From positions 1,676 to 65,675 of the forward strand of contig DASYRF010000339.1 in NCBI GenBank assembly GCA_036004705.1: 64,000 bases of DNA, given 5' to 3'. The notes below the pieces were generated by a model. That model had not been told where the DNA came from, did no database searches, and saw nothing but the letters and a program-made list of their open reading frames with translations. This stretch comes from Myxococcota bacterium. Lineage in GTDB: Bacteria > Myxococcota_A > Polyangia > DASYRF01. How positions within the stretch are numbered: the stretch's first letter is position 1; each line of letters begins with the position of its first letter. The translations under genes were made by a program, and so were the position numbers. Below, piece by piece: positions 54,069 through 62,498 of the stretch.

Positions 54069-55547
54069 TCATCGCCGATCGGCGGCGCCGGCGTCGAGGG
54101 CGGCGGGGCGCGTGGGCTCGTCGAGCGCGCGCCGCCACAGCTCCCCCCAGGGGCCGGTGGCGCGCAGGTGCGCGAAGACCGAGTTCAGCCCCCACTGCAG
54201 GCGGTTCACGAAGAGGAACTCGCGCGGCGTGCCCATGCGGCGAGCGTTGGGGTTCGACCAGACGATCACGTCGTAGGAGCGCTCCACGTACTCCGGCGTG
54301 TAGGTGAAGGGCTCGGTGGCGAGGAACGGCGCGTACAGGTATTGCATGACGTCCCAGGCGGCGTCCCAGTCGAAGCGGCGCGGGCTGCCGACGAAGCCGA
54401 GCGCGGTGAAGCCGCGCCGATACGCGGCGCGGTCACCGTCCAGTACGGCGCGCGCGCACGCCTTCCAGGTGTCGACGACGTGCGCCTCGAAGTGCCGCAC
54501 GCAGCCGAAGTCGAGGAAGACGACCGTGCCGTCGGGTCGGAAGAGGTAGTTCCCGGGGTGCGGGTCGGCGTTGTAGACGCAGTGGCGGAAGATGCAGGTG
54601 AAGGCCGTGGCGAAGATGTCCGCGGCCGCACGATCGCGCGCCGGCTGGTCGGACTCGGTGGCGAAGCGGTAGAAGTCGCGCGCCCCCTCGACGAGCGCGG
54701 AGGTCAGGATGCGCCGGGTCGAAGCGGCGGCGACGACCTCGGGCACGTCGGCGTGCACGCGCCCGGCCAGCGGCTCGGCGTGGACGAGGCGGCGGAAGAG
54801 CGCCTGGTGGCGGGCCTCGCGCTCGTAGTCGCACTCCTCCAGGATTCGGTCGCGCAGCTCGGCGGCCACCGCCCCGCCGTCGCCGGGCGTGGCGAAGAAG
54901 GCGAGCTTGAGGAGCCCCCCGAAGAGGCGCAGGTCGCCGTGGAGCACGTCCTCGATGCCCGGGTATTGCACCTTCACGGCGACGGGGCGCAGGACGTCGG
55001 CGCCGCCGTCGACGGCGGTGCGCAGCAGGGCGCGGTGCACCTGCCCGATCGACGCGGCCGCAAACGGCGTGCGCTCGAACCCTTCGAACACCTCGTCGGC
55101 GGAGGCGCCCAGCTCGGCGCGGACGACGGCGTCGATCTGCGCGAACGCCATCGGGTGGGTGTCGGCCTGCAGTCGGGTGAGGACGCGCTGCGCGGCGGGC
55201 GGGAGCGCGCCGTGGATGTAGCTCGCCATCTGTCCGGCCTTCAGCGCCAGCCCCTTGAGGGCGCCGAGCGTCTCCACGAGCTGCAGTGCGGTGCGCTCGG
55301 CGGCGGCGTCGCGCGCCGCGTCGGCCGGCCGGCCCTCGCCCTCGGGGGCGGCGCCGGGCAGGGCACGGCGCAAGGTGTGCCAGCCGACACGCGCGCCGGC
55401 GCCGAGCGCGGCCAGCGTGCGCTTGCGGAAGCCGCGCGGCAGTTCCAGGAGCGTGCCCAGCGTGGCGCGGACGGACGGGCCGGCGGCGCCGCCGTCGTCG
55501 TCGCCGTCACCGCGAGAGGGCGGGGCCGGGGGCATCCGCCACAACAT
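54069..55547 (-). CDS. ABC1/UbiB-family atypical kinase
   Basis: ATG 55547 (alternative 55535). Motifs PFAAASIGQVHRA, VAVKVQYPGI, YNADPHPGNYLF and FLDFG. Confidence 0.88.
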   Translation of the reverse strand: MLWRMPPAPPSRGDGDDDGGAAGPSVRATLGTLLELPRGFRKRTLAALGAGARVGWHTLRRALPGAAPEGEGRPADAARDAAAERTALQLVETLGALKGLALKAGQMASYIHGALPPAAQRVLTRLQADTHPMAFAQIDAVVRAELGASADEVFEGFERTPFAAASIGQVHRALLRTAVDGGADVLRPVAVKVQYPGIEDVLHGDLRLFGGLLKLAFFATPGDGGAVAAELRDRILEECDYEREARHQALFRRLVHAEPLAGRVHADVPEVVAAASTRRILTSALVEGARDFYRFATESDQPARDRAAADIFATAFTCIFRHCVYNADPHPGNYLFRPDGTVVFLDFGCVRHFEAHVVDTWKACARAVLDGDRAAYRRGFTALGFVGSPRRFDWDAAWDVMQYLYAPFLATEPFTYTPEYVERSYDVIVWSNPNARRMGTPREFLFVNRLQWGLNSVFAHLRATGPWGELWRRALDEPTRPAALDAGAADRR

Positions 55548-55575
55548 GCCGGTAACGGGTGCCGGCCACCAGCCG

Positions 55576-55604
55576 TTGACGCCCGGGGACGCCCGGATCA
55601 GAAT
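55576..55604 (+). promoter_or_regulatory. Canonical promoter TTGACG-17-CAGAAT, 6 nt from the GTG of the alpha/beta-hydrolase gene (leaderless)
   Basis: TTGACG 55576-55581, 17-bp spacer, CAGAAT 55599-55604, cggagc, GTG 55611. Confidence 0.6.
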
Positions 55605-55610
55605 CGGAGC

Positions 55611-56711
55611 GTGAGCGGCGTTCCGCCGGGGGATGTGCGCGCGCACGACGCCGGGCCCGCCGGGCCCTTGTCCGAGCCGCGGCGCGTGCGCCAGAAGATC
55701 GAGTCGAACCTCGAAGGGCTGTTCCTCAAGGAGGTCGTGGCCGCGCCCTGCGCCGACGGGGCGCGGCTGGCGATGGTGCGCAAGCGGCTCGCCGACGGGC
55801 GCGCGCCGCGCGGCGCGGTGCTGTTGCTGCACGGCATCACCCAGAACCGCTACTGCTGGCACCTGACGCGCCGCTCGTTCGCCAACTTCCTCGCCTTCGG
55901 CGGATACGACGTCTACAACGCCGACCTGCGCGGCGTCGGTCGCAGCCGCGCCCTCGGCGCCCCGTTTCCCACCGCGGTGGAGCAGCACGTGGAGCTCGAC
56001 CTCCCGGCGCTGGTGGAGGCCGTTCGCCGTCAGAGCGGCGAGGAGCGCATCTTCGTCGTGGGCTTCTCGCTCGGCGGCGCGCTCGCCTATGCGGCGGCGC
56101 CGCGCATCGAGGGCGCGCTGCGCGGGCTCGTCACGTTCGCCGGCGCCTACCAGCTCGGGCGCGGGCTCCCGGCGCTGCGCCAAGCCAGCCGCCTGTGCCT
56201 GGAGCTGGACCGCCGCTTCGGCCCGGCCCCGCGCGGCGCGCCGTCGCCCGCGCCGCTGGTGGGGTGGCTCTTCCATCAGTACGCGCGGTTCTTCAACGGC
56301 CCGCTCAACCTCCTGCCGCTCGCCGCCTGGGAGCCCGGCGCCATGGAGGGCGACCTGGTGCTGGAATGGGCAAAGCGCGCCTTCGACAAGACGAGCTACG
56401 GGGTGACGTTCGACGTGATGCGCTGGGCGGCGGAGAAGCGCTTCACCGACTCGACGGGCGCCGTGGACTACGCCGAGCGCTGGCGCAGCGCCGCGGTGCC
56501 GGTGCTGGTGCTGGCGGGGAGCCACGATCGGCTGAACGCGCCGCGCGGCGTGAAGGCGGCCTACGACGAGGCGCGCTCGCCCGACCGCACCTACCGCACG
56601 CTGGGGCCCGAAGACGGCGGCAAGGCGTGGGGGCACGTCGACCTGATCCTGGGGCGCCGCGCGCCGACCTACGTCTGGCCCATGGTCCTGGACTGGCTGG
56701 GCGGGCGCTGA
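55611..56711 (+). CDS. Alpha/beta-hydrolase
   Basis: GTG 55611 lies directly behind a canonical promoter (alternative GTG 55635). LLLHGITQNR, elbow GFSLGG, late WGHVD. Confidence 0.85.
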   Translation: MSGVPPGDVRAHDAGPAGPLSEPRRVRQKIESNLEGLFLKEVVAAPCADGARLAMVRKRLADGRAPRGAVLLLHGITQNRYCWHLTRRSFANFLAFGGYDVYNADLRGVGRSRALGAPFPTAVEQHVELDLPALVEAVRRQSGEERIFVVGFSLGGALAYAAAPRIEGALRGLVTFAGAYQLGRGLPALRQASRLCLELDRRFGPAPRGAPSPAPLVGWLFHQYARFFNGPLNLLPLAAWEPGAMEGDLVLEWAKRAFDKTSYGVTFDVMRWAAEKRFTDSTGAVDYAERWRSAAVPVLVLAGSHDRLNAPRGVKAAYDEARSPDRTYRTLGPEDGGKAWGHVDLILGRRAPTYVWPMVLDWLGGR

Positions 56712-56744
56712 CGCCGGGGGCGCCCTGTGCGCCTGGGCGAAATC

Positions 56745-56753
56745 TGCTATGGA
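56745..56753 (+). promoter_or_regulatory. Extended -10 (TGcTATGGA) 6 nt upstream of ATG 56760 (leaderless-type)
   Basis: TGcTATGGA-tgcagc-ATG. No SD. Confidence 0.4.
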
Positions 56754-56759
56754 TGCAGC

Positions 56760-58283
56760 ATGGCCGGTCCCGAGCCTCACATCGACAAGAAGGATTTCGA
56801 CGACGCCACCCTGCAGAAGCGGCTCCTCGCCGCGCTGAAGGGCAAAGGCGAGCGCTGGACGGTGGCCGACGCGGTGGTCGCGTCGGGGCTGCCGAAGCTA
56901 GAGACGGAGCGCGCGCTGAAGGTGCTGTCGCGCGAGTTCGAGGGGCACCTCGACGTGGGCGAGTCCGGCGAGATCGTCTATCGGTTCCCCGGCGGCTTCG
57001 TGCGGCGCGGGCAGCCGACGCTCGGGGACCGCTTCGCCAAGGTCGGTGCGGCGCTCTACACGGCGTTCAAGTGGTTCTTCAAGGTATGGATCATGGTGAC
57101 GATGATCGCCTACGTGGCGATCTTCGTCGCGCTCATCGTTGCCGCGTTCGTGGCGCTCACGGCGTCCAACAACAACCGCTCCAGCGGCGGGCGGTCGTCG
57201 AGCAGCTCCGGCGCGGGCGCGGCCGGGGGCCTATTGAACCTGGTGGCCCGCATCTTCTTCTGGAACGCGGTCTTCAGCGACGGGCGCGCCTACGGCTATG
57301 GCTACAGCGCCGGCCGGCGCTCCGCCGGCTGGGACGCCGCGGCCGGGTCGTCGTCGCGCCCTCAGCCGCGCACCAAGGAAGAGCGCGCGGCGCTGGGCAA
57401 GGAGGCGCGCCCTCTCTACCGGAAGGTGTTCGCGTTCGTGTTCGGCGACGAGGACCGCATCGACCCGCTCGCCGACGACCGGCAGATCCTGGAGTACGTG
57501 CGTTACCTCGGTGGGCGCGTCACGGCGAGCGACCTCGCGCTGGTGACGGGCTGGTCGGTGGACCGCGCCGACCGCGAGATCACGCGCCTGCTGGCGGACT
57601 ACGACGGCGACGCGCGTGTCACCGATGAGGGCGCCCTGCTATACGAGTTCAAGGGGCTCCTCCCGTCGGCGCAATCCGGGCACGGCGCACCGATGCCGAA
57701 GTTCTGGGAGCGCGCCGACCCCGAGTACAAGGTGTCCGACAACGCCTCCGGCACGAACTGGGGCATCGGCGTGGCCAACGGCTTCAACCTGGTCATGTCG
57801 TTCCTCACGCCGTCGCTGCTGTTCCCGGTGCTCAAGATGGACCCGGACGTGTGGACGTTCTGGTTGAGCATCTTCCCGGCCATCTTCAGCGGGCTCTTCT
57901 TCCTCATCCCGTTCGTGCGCGCGGTCGGCGTGGCGCGCAAGAACCGCCTGCGCGCGAAGCGGCTGGCACTGCGCGGCTGGTACCGCTGGATCGCCGAGCA
58001 CCACGAGCGGCTGAGCGACGAGGTGCCGGTGGACCTGCGCGCAGCCGCCCCGGAGGCGGCGAGGCTGGCCCCCGAGGCGCCGGGCGATGCGGTGGCGTCG
58101 ATGGCCGACGAGGCGGCTGCGGCGCTGGGCGGCGAACGCAGCGACCAGGTGGTGGGGTCGTGGCAGTTCGGTCGGCTCATTCGCGAGCTCGCGGCGGCGC
58201 GGGCGGCCCGGCTGGCGGCGCCCAAGACCGAGCGCGAGGTCGGCGCGGTGGTCTTCACCTCCGAGACGCCCGACACCAACTAG
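56760..58283 (+). CDS. Membrane protein with an internally duplicated [winged-helix-like domain + 2 TM] unit
   Basis: ATG 56760. Two similar domains of about 60 aa (..RWTVADAVVASGL..GEIVYRFPG and ..GRVTASDLALVTGW..GALLYEFKG), each followed by hydrophobic helices. Confidence 0.75.
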   Translation: MAGPEPHIDKKDFDDATLQKRLLAALKGKGERWTVADAVVASGLPKLETERALKVLSREFEGHLDVGESGEIVYRFPGGFVRRGQPTLGDRFAKVGAALYTAFKWFFKVWIMVTMIAYVAIFVALIVAAFVALTASNNNRSSGGRSSSSSGAGAAGGLLNLVARIFFWNAVFSDGRAYGYGYSAGRRSAGWDAAAGSSSRPQPRTKEERAALGKEARPLYRKVFAFVFGDEDRIDPLADDRQILEYVRYLGGRVTASDLALVTGWSVDRADREITRLLADYDGDARVTDEGALLYEFKGLLPSAQSGHGAPMPKFWERADPEYKVSDNASGTNWGIGVANGFNLVMSFLTPSLLFPVLKMDPDVWTFWLSIFPAIFSGLFFLIPFVRAVGVARKNRLRAKRLALRGWYRWIAEHHERLSDEVPVDLRAAAPEAARLAPEAPGDAVASMADEAAAALGGERSDQVVGSWQFGRLIRELAAARAARLAAPKTEREVGAVVFTSETPDTN

Positions 58284-58300
58284 GCAGCCAGGGGGCCCGC

Positions 58301-59077
58301 GTGTCGGCACGGCTGCGGGAGCGCGTGGCGGCGGGGGACGCCGAAGCGGCGGACCAGCTCCTGCGCGCCGCCGGGCGCGACGAGGCGCGCGCCACCGAGG
58401 CGGAGGCGGCACTGTCGGCAGGCGAGGGCTGGCAGGCGGCGGTGGCGGTGCTGCCGCGCGCGCTCGGCTACGCGCACGAGGCGCGGCGTGCGCTCTACCG
58501 TGCGGTCGCCGTCGGGGCGGCGGCGCGCGGTGTACGCCGGCGCGCGCGTCGCGTCGAGCCGCCCTTCCACGTGGTGCTGGTCGAGCCGGAGATCCCGCAG
58601 AACACCGGCAGCGTCGCGCGCACCTGTGCCGCCACCGGCGCCGCGCTGGAGCTGGTCGAGCCGCTCGGCTTCTCCATCGAGGATCGCTGGGTCAAGCGCG
58701 CCGGGCTCGACTACTGGCCGCACGTGGCGGTGCGGGTGCACGCCTCACTTGCCGCCCTGCGCGCCACGGCGGGGCCCGAGGCACGCTTCTTCTACTATTC
58801 GGGCATGGCGCCGCGCGCGCACGTGGAGGCCGAGCACCGGCCCGGCGACTGGCTCGTCTTCGGCAGCGAGACACGTGGTCTACCCTGGGCGCTGCTCGCC
58901 GCCGAAGCAGACCGTGCCTTCTGCATTCCGATGGCGCGCGCCGACGTCGTGCGCAGCCTGAACCTCGCCTCGGCCGCCACCTTGGTCCTCTATGAGGCCC
59001 TGCGTCAGGTCGGTGGCTGCGCCCTCGACGCCGATGCCGCCGCCCCCGCGTCGCCGCCGCCGGACGGCGCGCCATGA
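58301..59077 (+). CDS. trmL: SpoU-family tRNA 2'-O-methyltransferase (TrmL-like) with an N-terminal extension of about 85 aa
   Basis: Core FHVVLVEPEIPQNTGSVARTCAATG..LELVEPLGF..RAGLDYW..FGSETRGLP. Start uncertain (GTG 58301; internal GTGs near 58441). Confidence 0.82.
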   Translation: MSARLRERVAAGDAEAADQLLRAAGRDEARATEAEAALSAGEGWQAAVAVLPRALGYAHEARRALYRAVAVGAAARGVRRRARRVEPPFHVVLVEPEIPQNTGSVARTCAATGAALELVEPLGFSIEDRWVKRAGLDYWPHVAVRVHASLAALRATAGPEARFFYYSGMAPRAHVEAEHRPGDWLVFGSETRGLPWALLAAEADRAFCIPMARADVVRSLNLASAATLVLYEALRQVGGCALDADAAAPASPPPDGAP

Positions 59078-59709
59078 CGCCTGACGTGGCCACCGCCGCG
59101 CCCGGCGCCGCCCCCGCTTTGCCCGTGCTTTGGGACGGCTTGGCGCTCGCCGCGGTCGCCTACTTCCTCGGCGCCATCCCCTTCGGATATCTCGTCGGGC
59201 GGTGGCGCGGCGTGGACATCCGCGCGAGCGGCTCGGGGAACATCGGCGCCACCAATGCCGCGCGCGTTCTCGGCAAGAAGTGGGGTCTGTTCGTTCTCGC
59301 GCTCGACGCCGCCAAGGGTTGCCTTCCCGTGCTCGCCGCCCTCTACCTGCTGCGCCTCCCGCCCGGCTACGTGGCGACCGTCGGCCTCGCCGCCTTCGTC
59401 GGTCACGTCTTTCCCGTGTACCTCGCGTTCAAGGGCGGCAAGGGCGTGGCCACCGCCGCCGGCGTGCTCGGCGCGCTCGCTCCCCTGGCCGCGCTCGCCG
59501 GCTTCCTCGTGTACGCCGCTTGTTACGCACGCTGGCGTATCTCGTCGGTCGGGTCGCTCGCCGGCCTCGCGACGGTCATCCCCGTCATGCTGGTCTTCTA
59601 TCCCGTTCCAGCGTACGGCCTTCTGATGGGCGCGATGGCCGCTCTCGTGGTCTTCACCCACCGCGGCAACATCAAGCGCCTGCTCAAGCACGAGGAATCG
59701 AAGGTCTAG
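59074..59709 (+). CDS. plsY: Glycerol-3-phosphate acyltransferase PlsY
   Basis: ATGA overlap with trmL. Motifs IPFGYLVGR, SGSGNIGATNA and HVFPVYLAFKGGKGVATAAG. Confidence 0.93.
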   Translation: MTPDVATAAPGAAPALPVLWDGLALAAVAYFLGAIPFGYLVGRWRGVDIRASGSGNIGATNAARVLGKKWGLFVLALDAAKGCLPVLAALYLLRLPPGYVATVGLAAFVGHVFPVYLAFKGGKGVATAAGVLGALAPLAALAGFLVYAACYARWRISSVGSLAGLATVIPVMLVFYPVPAYGLLMGAMAALVVFTHRGNIKRLLKHEESKV

Positions 59710-59776
59710 GATCGGTGCCGTCGCACGGCGCGCCCGAGGTCGGCGGCGCGCGGCGCGCCCCGCGCGGAACGAGCGG

Positions 59777-60928
59777 CTACTTGGGGAGGTCGGGGGCGGC
59801 GGGGAGCTTCACGTCACTGTTCAGCGAGGCGAGGAAGGCGACGAGCTGCTTCACCTCGGCGTCGGTGAGCTTGTGGTCCTTCAGCTCCTTGTCGAGGTTG
59901 GGGTTCGCCTTGCCCCCGCCGGCCATGAGTCGCACGGCGTCCGTCAGCGTCTCCACGCTGCCGTCGTGGAAGTACGGGGAGGTGCGCGCCACGTCGCGCA
60001 GCGAGGGCGTCTTGAAGGCGCCCTCGTCTGCGGCCACGCGCGTGCCGTCGGGCGACTTCGTGATGTCGGCGCGGCCGCCGTCGTAGGCGGGCGTCCCGAC
60101 CTTGTCCATGCCGATGCCGGTGTTGTGGAACTTGCCGTCGGTGAGGCCGAAGCCGGCGTGGCAGCTGCCGCAGGCGGCCTTGCCCCGGAACAGCTCCCAG
60201 CCCTTCTTCGCGTCTTCGCTCACCGCGCCGGTGTCGCCGTTCTTCTGCCAGCGGTCCCACGGCGAGTTTCCCGACAGCAGCGTCCGCTCGTAGCTGGCAA
60301 TGGCGAAGGCGATGCGCTCGTCGGTGACCGTCTCGTCGCCGTACGCGGCCTTGAAGAGGGCGCGGTAGCCGGGAACGGCCTGCAGCGCCGCCACCACTTT
60401 GGCGACGTCGGCGGCGAGGAAGCCCTTGATGGGGGCCAGCGCCTGCCCCTCCAATCCTTTGTCGGCGCGGCCATCCCAGTAGAGCAGAGGGTCGTGCGCC
60501 TTGTTCAGCATCGAAGGCGTGTGCCGCTTCGCCGGCTTGCCGCCGACGCCCACCGAGATGGCCTTTCCGTCGGCGAGCCACCCTTCGGCCGGATGGCACG
60601 TCGCGCAGGACATCGTGCCGTCCCCGCTCAGCCGCGTGTCGAACCACAGGTTGTGGCCGAGCTCCACCTTCTCGGCGGTCATCGGGTTCTTGTCGGGCGC
60701 CGGGGGCGCCTCGTTTCCGAGCGGCACCGTCGGAATCGGCGGCGCGGGCGGCAGCGCCGGCAATGCCTCTACCGCCGTTCCGCTCGCGACGCCGGTCGCG
60801 CCGCCCGTTCCCGTCGCCGTCCCTGTCCCCGTTCCCGGTCCGCCCGTCCCGCTCGGCGGCTCGGTCGGGCAGCCCGCCAGCATGAGCACGACCGTCAGCA
60901 CCATCGCACCGCGCAGCCAAATCCTCAT
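59777..60928 (-). CDS. Di-haem cytochrome c peroxidase (CCP/MauG family) lipoprotein
   Basis: SD GGAGG. Lipobox MLAGC. Two CxxCH motifs (CATCH, CGSCH), FKTPSLRDV and PYFHDGS. Confidence 0.93.
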   Translation of the reverse strand: MRIWLRGAMVLTVVLMLAGCPTEPPSGTGGPGTGTGTATGTGGATGVASGTAVEALPALPPAPPIPTVPLGNEAPPAPDKNPMTAEKVELGHNLWFDTRLSGDGTMSCATCHPAEGWLADGKAISVGVGGKPAKRHTPSMLNKAHDPLLYWDGRADKGLEGQALAPIKGFLAADVAKVVAALQAVPGYRALFKAAYGDETVTDERIAFAIASYERTLLSGNSPWDRWQKNGDTGAVSEDAKKGWELFRGKAACGSCHAGFGLTDGKFHNTGIGMDKVGTPAYDGGRADITKSPDGTRVAADEGAFKTPSLRDVARTSPYFHDGSVETLTDAVRLMAGGGKANPNLDKELKDHKLTDAEVKQLVAFLASLNSDVKLPAAPDLPK

Positions 60929-61046
60929 GTGAGCCTCCTATCGGCGACGCGAGTCAAACACGGGAGCGGTGCCGAAAGGAAGCCGTCGCGCTCGCCCCGC
61001 CGCGGCGGCGGCTTGTGGCGGCGCGCGCGGCGTTGTACAGAGAGCC

Positions 61047-61529
61047 ATGCCCGCGCGTGACCTCATGCCGCCCGACGAGCAGTCGCGCATCCTGCAGCAC
61101 CACGCGCGCAATCCACAGCAGAAGGGGCTGCTGCCCGGCGTACGCTTCATCGGCGTGCGTGACCTGGAAGGCGTCTCGCACCTCGACGTCCAAGCGGTGG
61201 TGGAGGGCGAGCGCTTCGGCGAGGTCCGCTGGGACGGCGACGGCACCAAGGTGTTCGTCGCCTCCGCTTCCATCCTCTGCACGTGGCTGAAGGGCCGTTC
61301 GTTCCAGGACCACGACAAGCTGATGGAGCTCTGGGAGAAGATGCTCGACGAGACGGAGGTCGTGGACCACGCCGCTTTCCTCGGCGACGTCCGCGCACTC
61401 GAGTACGTCATCCGGCTGCGCAAAGATCGCGTCCGCGAGATCGAGCTTCCCTGGCGGGCGCTGGCCCGGCTGCTGAGCGGGGTGAAGGGGCTGAGGCCCT
61501 ACCACGCCACCAAGCCGGCCGCCGCCTAG
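61047..61529 (+). CDS. SufU/IscU-like protein lacking all three cluster-ligand cysteines
   Basis: ATG 61047. [17 protein letters not shown] aligns to the HYKNPRNKG motif, and ASASIL and LPWRAL align to SASMM and LSWKAL of SufU. The Cys positions are occupied by other residues. Confidence 0.7.
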   Translation: MPARDLMPPDEQSRILQHHARNPQQKGLLPGVRFIGVRDLEGVSHLDVQAVVEGERFGEVRWDGDGTKVFVASASILCTWLKGRSFQDHDKLMELWEKMLDETEVVDHAAFLGDVRALEYVIRLRKDRVREIELPWRALARLLSGVKGLRPYHATKPAAA

Positions 61530-61555
61530 CCGCCCCGCGGTGCGGCGAGGGACCC

Positions 61556-62494
61556 GTGAAGATCCTCGTGATGGGCGCGGGCGGCGTGGGCGGCTGGTAC
61601 GGCGCCAAGCTTGCCGCGGCCGGCCACCACGTTGCGATGGTGGCGCGGGGCGCGCACCTGGCCGCGCTTCAGCAGGCAGGGGCCATCGTCGTGCGCGAGC
61701 CCGACGGCAGAGAGTGGCGCGCCCCGGTCGACGCCGTGGAGGAGCCGGTGGACGCCGGGACGAAGGTGGACCTGGCGCTCCTGGCGGTGAAGGCGCGCGA
61801 CCACGCCGCAGCCATGGACCTGCTCTATCCGGTGGTCCACCCGAGCGGCGAGGGCACGCTGGTGCTGACGCTGCAGAACGGCATCGATCTGCACGAGAGC
61901 CTGCTGGAGCGGTTCGGCGGAGCGGCGCTCTGGGGCGTGGCGCGCATCGGCGCCGGCATCGCCGCACCGGGCGTCATCGAGCACGTCGCCATGGGCGAGC
62001 TCACCATCGGCGAGCCCAAGGGCGGGGCGAGCACGCGCATCGCCGCGGTGGCGCGGATGTTCGAGGCGGCGGGTGTGCCCTGCCAGGCCAGCGAGGACGT
62101 CCGGCGCGACTTGTGGGTGAAGCTGGCGTGGAACGCCGCCTTCAACGCCGTGGGCGCGCTGGCCGGCAAGACCGTCGGCGAGTGCCTGGAGAGCGAGCCG
62201 CTGCGCGCCGTGATCGCCGATGGAATGCGCGAGGCGCTGGCCGTGGCGAGTGCCGAGGGCGTGACGCTGCCCGCGATGCCGGACACGATGATCGAGGCGA
62301 TGCTGGGGTTCAGCGCCTCGATTGGCGGCGTACGGACGTCCATGCTGCAGGATCGCCTGCGCGGCGCGGAGACCGAGCACGACGCTCTGTCGGGGGCGGT
62401 GGCGCGCCGCGGGGCCGCGCACGGCGTGGCCACGCCCGTGAACGCTACGCTGACCCGCCTGCTCGCGGGCCTCGCGCTCCGCGCGCTATCCTGA
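61556..62494 (+). CDS. panE: 2-dehydropantoate 2-reductase family (PanE/ApbA) oxidoreductase
   Basis: SD GAGGGA then GTG 61556. [19 protein letters not shown] Rossmann motif, [14 protein letters not shown] and S.LQD regions. Confidence 0.82.
   Translation: MKILVMGAGGVGGWYGAKLAAAGHHVAMVARGAHLAALQQAGAIVVREPDGREWRAPVDAVEEPVDAGTKVDLALLAVKARDHAAAMDLLYPVVHPSGEGTLVLTLQNGIDLHESLLERFGGAALWGVARIGAGIAAPGVIEHVAMGELTIGEPKGGASTRIAAVARMFEAAGVPCQASEDVRRDLWVKLAWNAAFNAVGALAGKTVGECLESEPLRAVIADGMREALAVASAEGVTLPAMPDTMIEAMLGFSASIGGVRTSMLQDRLRGAETEHDALSGAVARRGAAHGVATPVNATLTRLLAGLALRALS
62487..62492 (+). promoter_or_regulatory. -10-like TATCCT 6 nt upstream of the paralog-4 ATG, inside the end of the panE-like gene
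   Basis: GCTATCCT-gacccc-ATG(62499). Same geometry and flanks as the paralog-2 and paralog-3 starts. Confidence 0.3.
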
Positions 62495-62498
62495 CCCC

